Shown: positions 53,901 through 63,403 of the stretch, piece by piece
Layout of the letters: the number at the start of each line of letters is the position of its first letter
Numbering within the stretch: the first letter of the stretch is position 1
Source of the DNA: Maridesulfovibrio sp.
GTDB lineage: Bacteria; Desulfobacterota; Desulfovibrionia; Desulfovibrionales; Desulfovibrionaceae
Length of the DNA stretch: 64,000 bases
NCBI GenBank assembly: GCA_963676495.2
Contig: CAXXRF010000002.1
Span: forward strand, 172,626-236,625
Direction of reading: 5' to 3'
Notes under the pieces: generated by a model
The model's input: the letters and a program-made list of their open reading frames with translations, nothing else
Databases searched by the model: none
What the model was told of the DNA's origin: nothing
Program-made: the position numbers and the translations under genes

Positions 53901-55772
53901 CTTGCAGATCTACGCGACAAAACGATTGAAAAATATGATTTACTTTCTCCTTATCTTGCCGAGTATGTTGATTCAGCTGCTACACAAAAATTTTTAAATG
54001 CAGATCAGAACTATCCTAGTTTGAGGGGAAGTAAAGCGAATCTTTATAAATGTTTCTTACCTCAATCGTGGATGATTGGGACTAAGCAGGGTATTTCAGG
54101 ATTCCTGCATCCAGAGGGTGTTTATGATGATCCCAAAGGTGGGGTCTTGCGACGGGAGTTGTATCCGAGGTTGCGGGCGCACTTTCAATTTCATAATGAA
54201 ATGGACCTGTTCAGTGAGGTTCATCATGCCACTGTGTTCAGCATAAACATATTCAGGAACTCAAAACAAGATGATATTTCAATACAGAATATTTCTAATG
54301 TTTATGTTCCACAGACCATCTATGATTGTTTCGAGCATGATGGCAATGGACCTGTTCCCGGCATCAAAGATGATAACAACAAGTGGAATATTAATGGGCA
54401 CAAGAGCAGGATTCTGCATGTTGACGATGAAGTACTGTCCCTTTTTGCCAGGCTCTATGATTCCGAGGGCACTCCGCCGCTTGAAGCGCGGCTTCCCGCA
54501 ATTCATGCTGAAGAACTGGTGGATGTTTTGCGCAATTTTGCAGTCCAGCCTGTCAAATTATGTGATTTAAAGGGGGAATTTTTCTCAACTCAGTATTGGA
54601 ATGAAACTATTGCTCAGAAAGATGGAACTATACGCCGTGAAACTTGTTTTCCAGAAGGTTCTTCACAGCAGATAATTTCCGGTCCACATTTTTTTGTAGG
54701 TAACCCCTTGTACAAGACTCCTCGCCGGGAGTGTATCAAGAATTCTGATTACGACATTCTTGATTTGACTACTCTGCCTGATGATTATTTGCCGAGGACC
54801 AACTATGTTCCGGCTTGTGATGAGGATACCTACCTTAGCCGTACGCCTAAAGTTCCGTGGGGGGAACAGGAGCCAGTTACGGATTTTTATCGGTTTGTTA
54901 ATAGAGAGATGCTGTCACAGGGAGGTGAAAGGACCCTCGTGTCCTCTGTGATTCCAAAAGGACTGGGACATATTAACACGTGTTTATCTACTGTTTTTAA
55001 AGAGAATAAAGATTTAGTCTCCTTAATAGCGTTAACTCTTTCTTTGCCCGTAGATTTTAGGGTTAAGACAACCGGAATGGGGCATGCAAATACATCTTTA
55101 TTGAATCAGCTTCCTATTATGAATGTTGATTATGTGTATTCCGATTCCTTGCCAGGAAGAGCTCTTACACTTGTGTGCCTAACAAATCATTATTTGGAAC
55201 TTTGGGAAGAATGTTTCACTATTGCTTATACTGACATGTCGTGGACCAAACACGACCCCCGTCTCCCCAATTCCTTCTTCGCCAACCTAACCCCGGAATG
55301 GAACAGAGACTGCGCATTAAGAACTGACTACGCCCGCAGACAGGCACTTGTGGAAATCGATGTTCTGGTAGCTATGGCTCTGGGTATGACTCTGGACGAA
55401 TTGAAGACCATCTACCGCGTACAATTCCCGGTAATGCGCATGTACGAAGCCGACACTTGGTATGATGCCAATGGCCGGATTGTTTTTACCGCATCAAAAG
55501 GATTGATCGGAGTGGGGCTACCCCGCAAATCCACGAAGGGCGATAATGTCTATTCCATCAGCAGCCCGGAACGCAATGAAGAGAACATTGCCCTTGGCTG
55601 GGAGGATATCCGGGATATGCAGAGCGGCACGGTGAGCCGGGTCATAGAGGACGATACCATGCCCGGAGGCCCGGTTAATCGTACCGTTATTTACGAGGCT
55701 CCCTTTGATCGTTGCGATCGGGAAAAGGATTATGAAATTGCCTGGGCGGAGTTTGAGCGGAGGAATATATGA
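50988..55772 (+). CDS. Large N6-adenine DNA methyltransferase (Eco57I/type IIG-like, DrmMI-like)
   Basis: [34 protein letters not shown] and [11 protein letters not shown] motifs; variable C-terminal TRD. Confidence 0.92.
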   Translation: MAIDITGISNENEFYTSHYISAVLEGDLKGLFQEWTRKEQEEKIKSPASKLGAVAKSYFKFRRDLNKGAENGFLESRRVFAESLLTSLGYSFHCAERELEDGSFLPTIGEVCKSSGAPELWIIQAVDESCEGIDPFVLTPVEGQFRKHEPASELLETSFEELLNRQIFTRAEPPRFVLLFSAFQLILVDRIKWNRKRILRFDLQEIFDRREPSTLKAMAAFLCRDSLCPEDGMALIDTLDENSHKHAFGVSQDLKYALRESIEMLGNEAIYYLQTVRKEKTYDGALDPDKLSMECLRYMYRLLFLFYIEARPELNYVPTSSEAYRTGYSLESLRDLEMVQLTDEESRSGSYLNDSLNLLFKMIWDGYSGDDSDTGSMLDQTEVPRIGEFDIAPLKSHLFDPAKTSILRRVTFRNFVLQKVINLMSLSRKANGRKRRGRISYAQLGINQLGAVYEALLSYRGFFAETDLYEVKKEKDNHDALEAAFFVQAHELVKYNESEKVLDDEGEPLKYPKGTFIYRLAGRDREKSASYYTPEVLTRCLVKYALKELVQGKSADDLLDLTICEPAMGSAAFLNEGVNQLSELYLERKQQELGKRIPVEEYARELQRVKMYISDNNTFGVDLNPVAVELAEVSLWLNTISDEGLVPWFGNQLICGNSLVGARRQVWPASFVQKGAKKGFTWHDLPPERVEPDAKREKNQIYHFLLPDKNMSVYTDKVVKKLVPDELKDINDWRKEFIKPFSKEHSDQLLKLSRAIDKLWLAHAEKQAELRERTKDVIVVWGQEGQGGMSQMTSVQQKDRILALEQHSEGIKHATPYKRLKLAMDYWCALWFWPIDRAEDLPDRDTFLFEMSLLLEGEIFQTQTDTEGNFLLPGFKPQKQEQLELPFKRDLGLVDVDEICAQFPRLQLVRKLAERYRFHHWELEFADVFRKRGGFDLILGNPPWLLVSWDEGGLMGDYEPEFVLRNYSASMLADLRDKTIEKYDLLSPYLAEYVDSAATQKFLNADQNYPSLRGSKANLYKCFLPQSWMIGTKQGISGFLHPEGVYDDPKGGVLRRELYPRLRAHFQFHNEMDLFSEVHHATVFSINIFRNSKQDDISIQNISNVYVPQTIYDCFEHDGNGPVPGIKDDNNKWNINGHKSRILHVDDEVLSLFARLYDSEGTPPLEARLPAIHAEELVDVLRNFAVQPVKLCDLKGEFFSTQYWNETIAQKDGTIRRETCFPEGSSQQIISGPHFFVGNPLYKTPRRECIKNSDYDILDLTTLPDDYLPRTNYVPACDEDTYLSRTPKVPWGEQEPVTDFYRFVNREMLSQGGERTLVSSVIPKGLGHINTCLSTVFKENKDLVSLIALTLSLPVDFRVKTTGMGHANTSLLNQLPIMNVDYVYSDSLPGRALTLVCLTNHYLELWEECFTIAYTDMSWTKHDPRLPNSFFANLTPEWNRDCALRTDYARRQALVEIDVLVAMALGMTLDELKTIYRVQFPVMRMYEADTWYDANGRIVFTASKGLIGVGLPRKSTKGDNVYSISSPERNEENIALGWEDIRDMQSGTVSRVIEDDTMPGGPVNRTVIYEAPFDRCDREKDYEIAWAEFERRNI

Positions 55773-56479
55773 GTACGGAAATTAATATTTATTGTGACGA
55801 AAGTTGCCATCTCGAGAATGATGGTATCCAGGTTATGGTTCTCGGAGGATTGTCGTGCCCGAAAAGTTTGGTGAAAACTATTTCAGAACAAATTAGACAG
55901 CTTAAATCTTCTCATGGGTTGCCTAATCATTTTGAAGTGAAGTGGACAAAGGTCTCTCCTGCTAAGCTTGATTTTTATCTCGATTTAGTTGCACTGTTTT
56001 TTAATGCACAAGATCTTGAATTTAGAGCACTTATAGTAAAGGACAAAAGTTCTCTTGATCACGGCAATTTTAATCAGACCCATGATGATTGGTATTACAA
56101 GATGTATTTTAGCATGTTGAAAGTTTTGATCGATCCGCAATCCCATTCTTATAATATTTATTTGGATTACAAAGATACTCAGGGCGGCAGGAAAGTTAAA
56201 AAACTTCACGATGTGCTTTCAAATGCAAATTATGATTTTTCCCGAGAATTGATAAACAAAATTCAGTTGATAAGATCAGATGAAAGTGAGCTGCTTCCGC
56301 TGGCCGATTTGCTTATAGGGGCTGTAGCTTATGCGAATAGAGGCCTTTCGAGCAGCCAAGCTAAAGTTAGCGTTGTTGAAAAAGTAAGAGAGTGTTCAGG
56401 ATATAACCTTTTGCACAGCACATTGTTGAGAGAGCGGAAAATGAACCTCTTTCAATGGTCATGTCAAAGGGGGATGTAG
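55769..56479 (+). CDS. DUF3800 family protein (RNase H-like)
   Basis: [16 protein letters not shown] and [10 protein letters not shown] motifs; ATGA overlap with the MTase stop. Confidence 0.85.
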   Translation: MSTEINIYCDESCHLENDGIQVMVLGGLSCPKSLVKTISEQIRQLKSSHGLPNHFEVKWTKVSPAKLDFYLDLVALFFNAQDLEFRALIVKDKSSLDHGNFNQTHDDWYYKMYFSMLKVLIDPQSHSYNIYLDYKDTQGGRKVKKLHDVLSNANYDFSRELINKIQLIRSDESELLPLADLLIGAVAYANRGLSSSQAKVSVVEKVRECSGYNLLHSTLLRERKMNLFQWSCQRGM

Positions 56480-56480
56480 A

Positions 56481-56975
56481 ATGGCATATGATTGGCTTCC
56501 TGAACTCATGCTCATGGCAGATTTTCAAGGCAATTGGGATTTGTATTGTGCCAATTTATATTCCAGTTTTTTGGGTGACTTTGTATATAACAAACCTGCT
56601 TTTAACGGATTGTCAGTTAACCAGAAGAGGTATCCTGAGTCACAAGGAAAATCAGCCACTTTCTGGCATATAATTAGTGAAGGGGCAGATGAAGAAGAGC
56701 GAACTCCAGATTTTCGCAGATGTGAAAGAATTAGATGGCCTAGAGCTGTTATAGATAATTTTTCAGATGTGAAAATGTGGGAGAATCAGCGCAAAAATAA
56801 AACCAATGTTTGTTTATGGATTGAAGACGAAGATTACCTTGTCATTTTGCGCAAAGGGAATGGATATTATCTCTTCTGGACAGCTTATTTGGTTACTCAA
56901 AAACATCAAAAGAGAAAGCTTGAAAAAGAATATCAGGCTTTTATAAAAGCAAATGTCGCCAACCAAGCCGGATGA
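56481..56975 (+). CDS. Hypothetical protein, putative RNase (BECR/RelE-like fold inferred)
   Basis: 164 aa; FWHIISEG, PDFRRCERIRWP and YLVIL...YYLFWTAY motifs; starts 1 nt after the DUF3800 stop. Confidence 0.7.
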   Translation: MAYDWLPELMLMADFQGNWDLYCANLYSSFLGDFVYNKPAFNGLSVNQKRYPESQGKSATFWHIISEGADEEERTPDFRRCERIRWPRAVIDNFSDVKMWENQRKNKTNVCLWIEDEDYLVILRKGNGYYLFWTAYLVTQKHQKRKLEKEYQAFIKANVANQAG

Positions 56976-57013
56976 CGACATCGTTACTCCTTCTACTCAT
57001 GGCAGATGAGCTA
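56944..57013 (-). ncRNA. Candidate small structured RNA convergent to the DUF3800 cassette
   Basis: Minus strand: GCUCAU-CUGCC-AUGAGU hairpin, GGAG able to pair with the loop, AUGUCGUCA...UGGCGACAU stem followed by UUGCUUUU. Confidence 0.6.
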
Positions 57014-57018
57014 CTTTA

Positions 57019-57047
57019 TATATAATGATTGTGGGCATTACTGTCAA
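57019..57047 (-). promoter_or_regulatory. Sigma70-type promoter for the candidate ncRNA
   Basis: TTGACA (57047-57042), 17-nt spacer, TATATA (57024-57019). Confidence 0.6.
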
Positions 57048-57094
57048 TGAGTCTTGCTAAAGATATACAATATGAATTTTAATAAAGGAATCTC

Positions 57095-60000
57095 ATGCTT
57101 CCGGCAATAACAGCGACACAGATACAACTCGGTCTTGAAGATTTTCTACGCACTAATTTTTCAATCTCTTCACCGTATTTTAGTGACCTTATCGACGAGT
57201 TCATAGAAAATGGCAATGCCTTCCGAGGACCATACCTTTCGTTGGGATTGCCCTTTGCTGAAGGACTGAAGGGGCGTGATTGTTTTCCTGAACTGGATCT
57301 TAAATTTCCGCCGTATATGCATCAAGAAAATGCATTTGACCGTCTTTCCGGAGATAATCCAGAGTCTACGCTGGTCGCAACCGGCACCGGCTCCGGTAAG
57401 ACCGAGTGTTTCCTTTATCCCATACTGGATTATTGCCGCCGCAATTCTCACAAGCGCGGAATTAAGGCCATCCTCATCTACCCCATGAACGCGCTGGCAA
57501 CAGATCAGGCTAGCCGTATTGCCAAGGAAGTAAACCGTATTGCGTCTTTGAAGGGTAATGTCAGGGCTGGTCTTTACGTGGGCCAGCGGGAGGCAAGTCC
57601 CAAGCCCGTCATGGGTGAGTCCCATGTGATTACCGATAAGAATATCCTCCGCCAAAGCCCTCCTGATATCCTGCTGACCAACTACAAAATGCTGGACTAT
57701 CTGCTCTTGCGTCATCAGGACCGCGACCTTTGGGAATACAATGAACCGGATACGTTGCGTTTTTTGGTGGTGGATGAGTTGCATACTTTTGACGGAGCAC
57801 AGGGAACCGACCTTGCCTGCTTGATTCGTCGCCTGAAAGCACGGCTTAGTATTCCGAAAGAGGTCCTTTGCTGCGTGGGAACTTCGGCAACCCTTGGCTC
57901 TGACAGCGGAGCGGCAAATCTGCTGGAATATGCGGATAATATTTTCGGAGAGAAGTTTGCCAAAGAAGCAGTCATCACCGAGCATCGGGTAAGCGGCGCG
58001 GAATTTCTTGGTGAAAGCATGATTCGGTACGCCAACCCTCCGAAGTTGGAGGATATGGAGCATCTTGACCCGGATAATTACGCAACCCCGTTGGATTATA
58101 TCCGTGCTCAATATGTCTTGTGGTTTGATGAACTGGAGGAGGGAACCTCTGTCGAGGACCGAGTTTTCCGGGTCAGGCTTGGCGAAGAGTTGAAGGAGCA
58201 TTTGTTTTTCCAGAACCTTGTACGAGGTATCAAAGGCAAAATTAAAAATTTCGATCAGCTGATGGAAATTATGCGTCCTTTTTTCCGGGGACTGAAAGGC
58301 GAACCGCAGAGTTATCATTCATTGGTGCTGATAAGTCTGCTTTCACTGATCAGCCATGCTCGAAGGAAAGTTGTTTCTGTCGAGAACGGAGTGGAGTCTG
58401 AAGTATTTTTGCCATTAATGAATGTCCGTTTGCAGCATTGGTTGCGCGAACTGCGCCGTATGGTGGTCAGTGTGCGGAGAAGAGAAGAGAATTTTCACCC
58501 TGTTCTGCGCTTTTCCAGCGATCTTGCCGAGGATGATCACCGTAACTATCTGCCGCTGGTGCATTGCCGTGAGTGTGGTGCTTCAGGCTGGCTTGGACTG
58601 ACCAATGTCAGCGGTTCCGAGTATCGCACAGGGCTCACCCCTATCTATTCAAATTTCTTCAGCAAAAATGGGAGCTGTAAAACTTTTTTCCCTGATGTGG
58701 ATGAAGTAGACACCCCAGATTCAAAAGGGCACAAAGCCTACATCTGTGGAACATGTAGGGCTGTTAGTCCGAATGCGGCAGAAGAGGGTACATGTAAGCA
58801 ATGCCACAGTAGTAATATTGTAAAGGTTTTTATTCCAGATTCATCTTCGAAGTATTGTCCTTTCTGCCGATCAAGGAGCAGTATGCTTCTACTGGGAGCC
58901 CAGGCAGCAAGTCTGACAAGTGCGATTATTTCTCAGCTTTTTGCATCCAGTTACAATGACGATAAGAAACTTATTACCTTTTCGGATAACGTACAGGATG
59001 CTTCTCACCGGGCAGGGTTCTTTGGTGCGCGTACATATTCTTTTACCCTGCGTTCTGCAATTCAACAGTGCTTGCAGGAGTATTCCGGGACCATCTGTCT
59101 CGCAGATTTTCCGGGCTATTTCAGTAAATTCTGGAATGAGAAGATGGACGTTAGAGAGTATATTGCAACTTTTATACATCCTTCGATGGAATGGCGCTAT
59201 GAGTATGATGATTTCAAGCAGCAAAATAAGTTGCCCGAAAAATCAAGATTGAAGGGATGGATAGATAAACGTTTGGGCTGGGAAATTTATTCTAACTACA
59301 GTTTGAATTCTCGTATCGGTAGGACTCTTGAGAAGACTTCATCGTCTATTGCGGGGCTTGATCCGGATTTATTACAGCAGTCTGCTCTTGGACTGACTGA
59401 AATACTCGCAAATGAAATAGATCAGCTGCGCGATATTACTTTCGAAGAAACAGCTGCTTTCATAGCCGGGCTTGTCGCTCACATGAGACAGAATGGAGCA
59501 GTGCAGCACCCTGTTCTTGATAAGTATATCGAAGATTGGGGCAAGGATTTCAGGATTTCTCAGCAGAGAATTTCTTGGATGCCTTCTTTCGGTTTCAAAC
59601 ACAAGACTCCGAAAATGCTCACTAACCGGTTTGGTGTGGAAAAGTTCGAGCAGGTTTTTATCCCTTCAAAGACCACATGGTGTGTTCTCTGGGCCCAAAA
59701 GAATTTTAAGATTCTGCGAGGCCTTGGTTCTAACCTTACTCAATCTGTATACGATAAGACCTTAGCCGAGTTGGTTAGAAATGATATCCTTGAAGAGTTT
59801 GAGGTCGACAATAAAGGGCAAAAGTACAAAGTCTGGTCGGTAAATCCAGCAGTCCTTTTGCTGTCAACCGATGTTCAGCAATTTAAATGCTCCAAGTGCG
59901 GACATGAGATTTCAGCTCCTGGTTCGGAAGTTTCCTTTTGGCAGGATACTCCTTGTCATAGACTGGCTTGTCTTGGCAGTTATAGCCAGAAATTTTCAGA

Positions 60001-63000
60001 GGATAACTTTTATGGGAAATTGTACTCGTCTGGTCAGATAAATAGGCTTTTTACTGCTGAGCATACCGGCTTGTTGGGACGCGACGAACGTGAGGAGGTA
60101 GAGGACTCATTTAAACTTAGTCACGAGACAGGAAGCCCTTGGGACCCAAATCTCTTGTCGTGTACCCCGACTTTGGAGATGGGTATTGATATTGGAAACT
60201 TGTCATCCACGATTCAGTGCTCGGTGCCTCCTTCTCAATCCAATTACCTCCAGCGAATCGGACGTGCTGGGCGTAAAGATGGCAATGCACTCAATATAAC
60301 AATTGCTAACGCCAAACCGCATGATTTGTATTTTTTCGAAAGTCCAGAAATTATGATGGAAGGGGATGTGGAGCCTCCGGGAGTTTTCCTCAATGCTTCT
60401 GCTGTCTTGGAACGACAGTTAACAGCGTTCTGTTTGGATAGATGGGTTTTGAGCGGCATTACCGTTCAAGATATGCCCGATAAGCTTGTTACTGTGCTTT
60501 CGGCCTTGGAAAAACGTAATGAAAGTGCTTTTCCTTATAACTTTTTGAAATTTATTGAAAATGGCGGGTCTAATCTTCTAGACAGGTTTCTCGAAATTTT
60601 TGAAGGTAAGCTTTCTGTCGAAGCACAAGCTCATTTAAAAAGGTTTATTCATGGAACATTGGATGAAAAGAATTCAGATGTTCTTATTGAGTCTCCATTG
60701 TCATATAAGATTATTGAGGGTTTGGGGCGTATTTTAAAAAGCCGCGATTCACTACGTAAAAAGGCCAATAAGGCAAAAGAACTGCTGAAAAAAATGGAAG
60801 CAGACCCTGCTAAAGGAAAGTCAACACAGGAAAGGATTGATGAGTTAAGGCGCGAAGTAGCTGGGCTTCGAAAATTGGCCTCAATGATTGGTCAGAAAAA
60901 TGTATTTAATTTTTTCACCGATGAAGGATTGTTGCCCAACTATGCTTTCCCGGAACAGGGGGTGACACTACATTCAGTCATTTATCGTAAGAAGGAACAA
61001 CCAGATGGAGAAGGCAAAAATTACGAAGTAAATACCTATGAATACGAACGGGCGTCACAAAATGCCATAACTGAATTTGCTCCTGGAAATATTTTTTATG
61101 CTGGTAAACGGAAGGTCTGCATTGATCAGGTCGACATAGAAACTTCTGAAGTTCAGGGGTGGAGGCTGTGCCCCGATTGTTCTCATTGCGAGGTTGTAAC
61201 ATCTACAGCTCCAACAGGTCCGTGTCCGTCTTGTGGAGCTGAGTTATTTGCAGATGAAGGTCAGAAACGAACTATGCTGAAAATGGCCCAAGTGTTCGCC
61301 ACAACATCAGAACAAAGGAGCCGGGTTGCTGACGATTCAGACTCTCGTGATCCTCAGTTTTATGTTCGCCAATTGCTTGTCCATTATGACCCCTCAGCTG
61401 TTACTCAGGCGTTTAAGCTGGATACCAAAGAAACCGTTTTTGGATACGCATTTTTGTCTAAAGCTGTTTTTCGTGAAATAAATTTCGGAAGATATACAGA
61501 TGAAGAAGAGGGACTGTCTGTAGCCGGAATCGAAACTCCGAAACAGGGATTCAGGATATGTGCTCTGTGCGGTAAATTACTGACTGATAATAGTCAAAGA
61601 ACAGATCATGCCTGGGGCTGTGCGGCTAGAAAGGAAGATGTCCCTGAAAAGGTTTTTGACTGTGTTTACTTATATCGTGAGTTTAATTCAGAGGCGATTA
61701 AGATTCTGTTGCCATTTACCGGAGCAGAAAAATCGGATGTAAAACTTGAATCGTTTATCGCAGCCTTCAATCTCGGGCTGAAGCTAAAGTTTGGCGGGTC
61801 GATTAACCATTTGCGTAGTACTATTCATACAGAACCGGACAGTCAGGATAGCAAGCTTCGCAAGCAGTATTTGGTTATTTACGACTCAATTCCAGGTGGG
61901 ACAGGTTATCTTAAAGAGTTAATGAGAGATGACCGTATTTTTGAGATTCTTCAGATGGCTCATAGTTACCTTACGGACTGTCGTTGCAATGAAAAACCGG
62001 AGCTTGATGGCTGTTATAGATGTTTGCTCGCCTATCGCAACAGCACACAGATGCAGACCATTTCCAAGCAGAGTGCTACAGATGTGTTGGTTGAGCTGTT
62101 GAACAATAAGGATAAACTTGTTGCAACGGACGAATTGAAGTCTATCTCTTTGGGAGCACTGTTTGAGTCTGAACTTGAATTACGTTTTATTGAAGCGTTA
62201 AGAAGGCAGAATTCTGAAAGATTACGGGTGAAGATTGATCGACAGATTGTTAATGGCCGCGAAGGTTTTTTTCTGGAAATAGGTGAATCGCGGTGGAATA
62301 TTGAGCAGCAGGTGGATCTTGGGGCTTCTCAGGGTGTTTTGATCCATAGCAGGGCTGATTTCGTATTTACTCCTGCCCGTTCAAAGATGAATTCATTGCC
62401 CATTGTCATATATACCGATGGGTTTAGTTGGCATAAAAACAGGGTTGGATTGGATTTGGCTCAGCGCATGGCCTTAATAAGATCCGGGAAATATCATGTC
62501 TGGTCATTGACGTATTCCGATGTTCAGAGTGCTTTTGATATGAAAAATATTTTAGTGCCAGATCTGGTAAGAAATGAAGGAATTGGGTGGAAGAAGGGGG
62601 TGTGGGATAAGTTGGGGTTGCCTAATTCTTGCAAAATGGAAGGCAAGAATAGTTTAAGCATGCTTATTGAATATTTGACTATTCCAGATCGTAGCCAATG
62701 GCTAAAAATTGCAGACACTTATTCTACTTGTGCCGTTAAACCTATGAATGCAGCTGAAGTAAGTTTATTGGAAACAGGTATCTCAAAACTGATTCCAGAT
62801 AATTTAAAAGACTGTGCTTCTCTTCCTGGTGCAGCCTATAATGGCTGGTATAAAAATGATTTTTCACAACTCTTTTTTTCAAAATCAAAAAACGAAGCTT
62901 CCTCCGCATTGTATTTAGAAGATACAGAAGACAATTTGGAGAATAAGGATTTCGAAATCGAATGGTGTGCTTTTTTTCGTGCTTGTAATCTTTATCAATT

Positions 63001-63394
63001 CCAAAAATATTTTGCGGCAGTAACATATTCTGGAATAGAAAGTGATCTTTATAGGGATTTGCCTGAGTCTTCACAATACTCTGCATTATCGAAAGTAAAT
63101 AAAGAGGATCAAGCTGGGTGGGATGAAGTTGCAGAACTTGTTTCGGATGAATTTTTACCATTAATTAAAGAGTTGCGTAATGCAGATATATCAATCCCCG
63201 AAGTTGGTTATGAATTATCTAGAGATGGGAGGGTGATCGGGGAAGCTGAGTTGGCATGGCTGGATCAAAAAGTAGTGATTCTTTCCGATGATTACATAGA
63301 TTTGAAAAATGATTTTGTAGTTGATCAGTGGGAGGTCTTAAATCTTTCCCTGGCTCAGGACGCTATAGAGAATTTAATTGTTGATTTAAAGTAG
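57095..63394 (+). CDS. DEAD/DEAH helicase with DUF1998 (YprA/DrmA+DrmB-like) and a C-terminal nuclease-like domain
   Basis: ATGTGSGKTE, IYPMNAL, LTNYKML, VDELH, TSAT, TPTLEMGIDIG and QRIGRAGR motifs; multiple CxxC; GGTGY...CRC...GCYRCL; ESELE...RADF...YTDGFSWH. Confidence 0.92.
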   Translation: MLPAITATQIQLGLEDFLRTNFSISSPYFSDLIDEFIENGNAFRGPYLSLGLPFAEGLKGRDCFPELDLKFPPYMHQENAFDRLSGDNPESTLVATGTGSGKTECFLYPILDYCRRNSHKRGIKAILIYPMNALATDQASRIAKEVNRIASLKGNVRAGLYVGQREASPKPVMGESHVITDKNILRQSPPDILLTNYKMLDYLLLRHQDRDLWEYNEPDTLRFLVVDELHTFDGAQGTDLACLIRRLKARLSIPKEVLCCVGTSATLGSDSGAANLLEYADNIFGEKFAKEAVITEHRVSGAEFLGESMIRYANPPKLEDMEHLDPDNYATPLDYIRAQYVLWFDELEEGTSVEDRVFRVRLGEELKEHLFFQNLVRGIKGKIKNFDQLMEIMRPFFRGLKGEPQSYHSLVLISLLSLISHARRKVVSVENGVESEVFLPLMNVRLQHWLRELRRMVVSVRRREENFHPVLRFSSDLAEDDHRNYLPLVHCRECGASGWLGLTNVSGSEYRTGLTPIYSNFFSKNGSCKTFFPDVDEVDTPDSKGHKAYICGTCRAVSPNAAEEGTCKQCHSSNIVKVFIPDSSSKYCPFCRSRSSMLLLGAQAASLTSAIISQLFASSYNDDKKLITFSDNVQDASHRAGFFGARTYSFTLRSAIQQCLQEYSGTICLADFPGYFSKFWNEKMDVREYIATFIHPSMEWRYEYDDFKQQNKLPEKSRLKGWIDKRLGWEIYSNYSLNSRIGRTLEKTSSSIAGLDPDLLQQSALGLTEILANEIDQLRDITFEETAAFIAGLVAHMRQNGAVQHPVLDKYIEDWGKDFRISQQRISWMPSFGFKHKTPKMLTNRFGVEKFEQVFIPSKTTWCVLWAQKNFKILRGLGSNLTQSVYDKTLAELVRNDILEEFEVDNKGQKYKVWSVNPAVLLLSTDVQQFKCSKCGHEISAPGSEVSFWQDTPCHRLACLGSYSQKFSEDNFYGKLYSSGQINRLFTAEHTGLLGRDEREEVEDSFKLSHETGSPWDPNLLSCTPTLEMGIDIGNLSSTIQCSVPPSQSNYLQRIGRAGRKDGNALNITIANAKPHDLYFFESPEIMMEGDVEPPGVFLNASAVLERQLTAFCLDRWVLSGITVQDMPDKLVTVLSALEKRNESAFPYNFLKFIENGGSNLLDRFLEIFEGKLSVEAQAHLKRFIHGTLDEKNSDVLIESPLSYKIIEGLGRILKSRDSLRKKANKAKELLKKMEADPAKGKSTQERIDELRREVAGLRKLASMIGQKNVFNFFTDEGLLPNYAFPEQGVTLHSVIYRKKEQPDGEGKNYEVNTYEYERASQNAITEFAPGNIFYAGKRKVCIDQVDIETSEVQGWRLCPDCSHCEVVTSTAPTGPCPSCGAELFADEGQKRTMLKMAQVFATTSEQRSRVADDSDSRDPQFYVRQLLVHYDPSAVTQAFKLDTKETVFGYAFLSKAVFREINFGRYTDEEEGLSVAGIETPKQGFRICALCGKLLTDNSQRTDHAWGCAARKEDVPEKVFDCVYLYREFNSEAIKILLPFTGAEKSDVKLESFIAAFNLGLKLKFGGSINHLRSTIHTEPDSQDSKLRKQYLVIYDSIPGGTGYLKELMRDDRIFEILQMAHSYLTDCRCNEKPELDGCYRCLLAYRNSTQMQTISKQSATDVLVELLNNKDKLVATDELKSISLGALFESELELRFIEALRRQNSERLRVKIDRQIVNGREGFFLEIGESRWNIEQQVDLGASQGVLIHSRADFVFTPARSKMNSLPIVIYTDGFSWHKNRVGLDLAQRMALIRSGKYHVWSLTYSDVQSAFDMKNILVPDLVRNEGIGWKKGVWDKLGLPNSCKMEGKNSLSMLIEYLTIPDRSQWLKIADTYSTCAVKPMNAAEVSLLETGISKLIPDNLKDCASLPGAAYNGWYKNDFSQLFFSKSKNEASSALYLEDTEDNLENKDFEIEWCAFFRACNLYQFQKYFAAVTYSGIESDLYRDLPESSQYSALSKVNKEDQAGWDEVAELVSDEFLPLIKELRNADISIPEVGYELSRDGRVIGEAELAWLDQKVVILSDDYIDLKNDFVVDQWEVLNLSLAQDAIENLIVDLK

Positions 63395-63403
63395 GGGTAT
63401 AGA

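Noticed and set aside
57170-58318. 382-aa minus-strand ORF
   Set aside because: Antisense shadow of the DEAD helicase
48141-63394. Assigning canonical drm, BREX or Druantia gene symbols
   Set aside because: The architecture differs (fused helicase-DUF1998; no DrmC, PglZ or BrxC visible), so symbols were left blank
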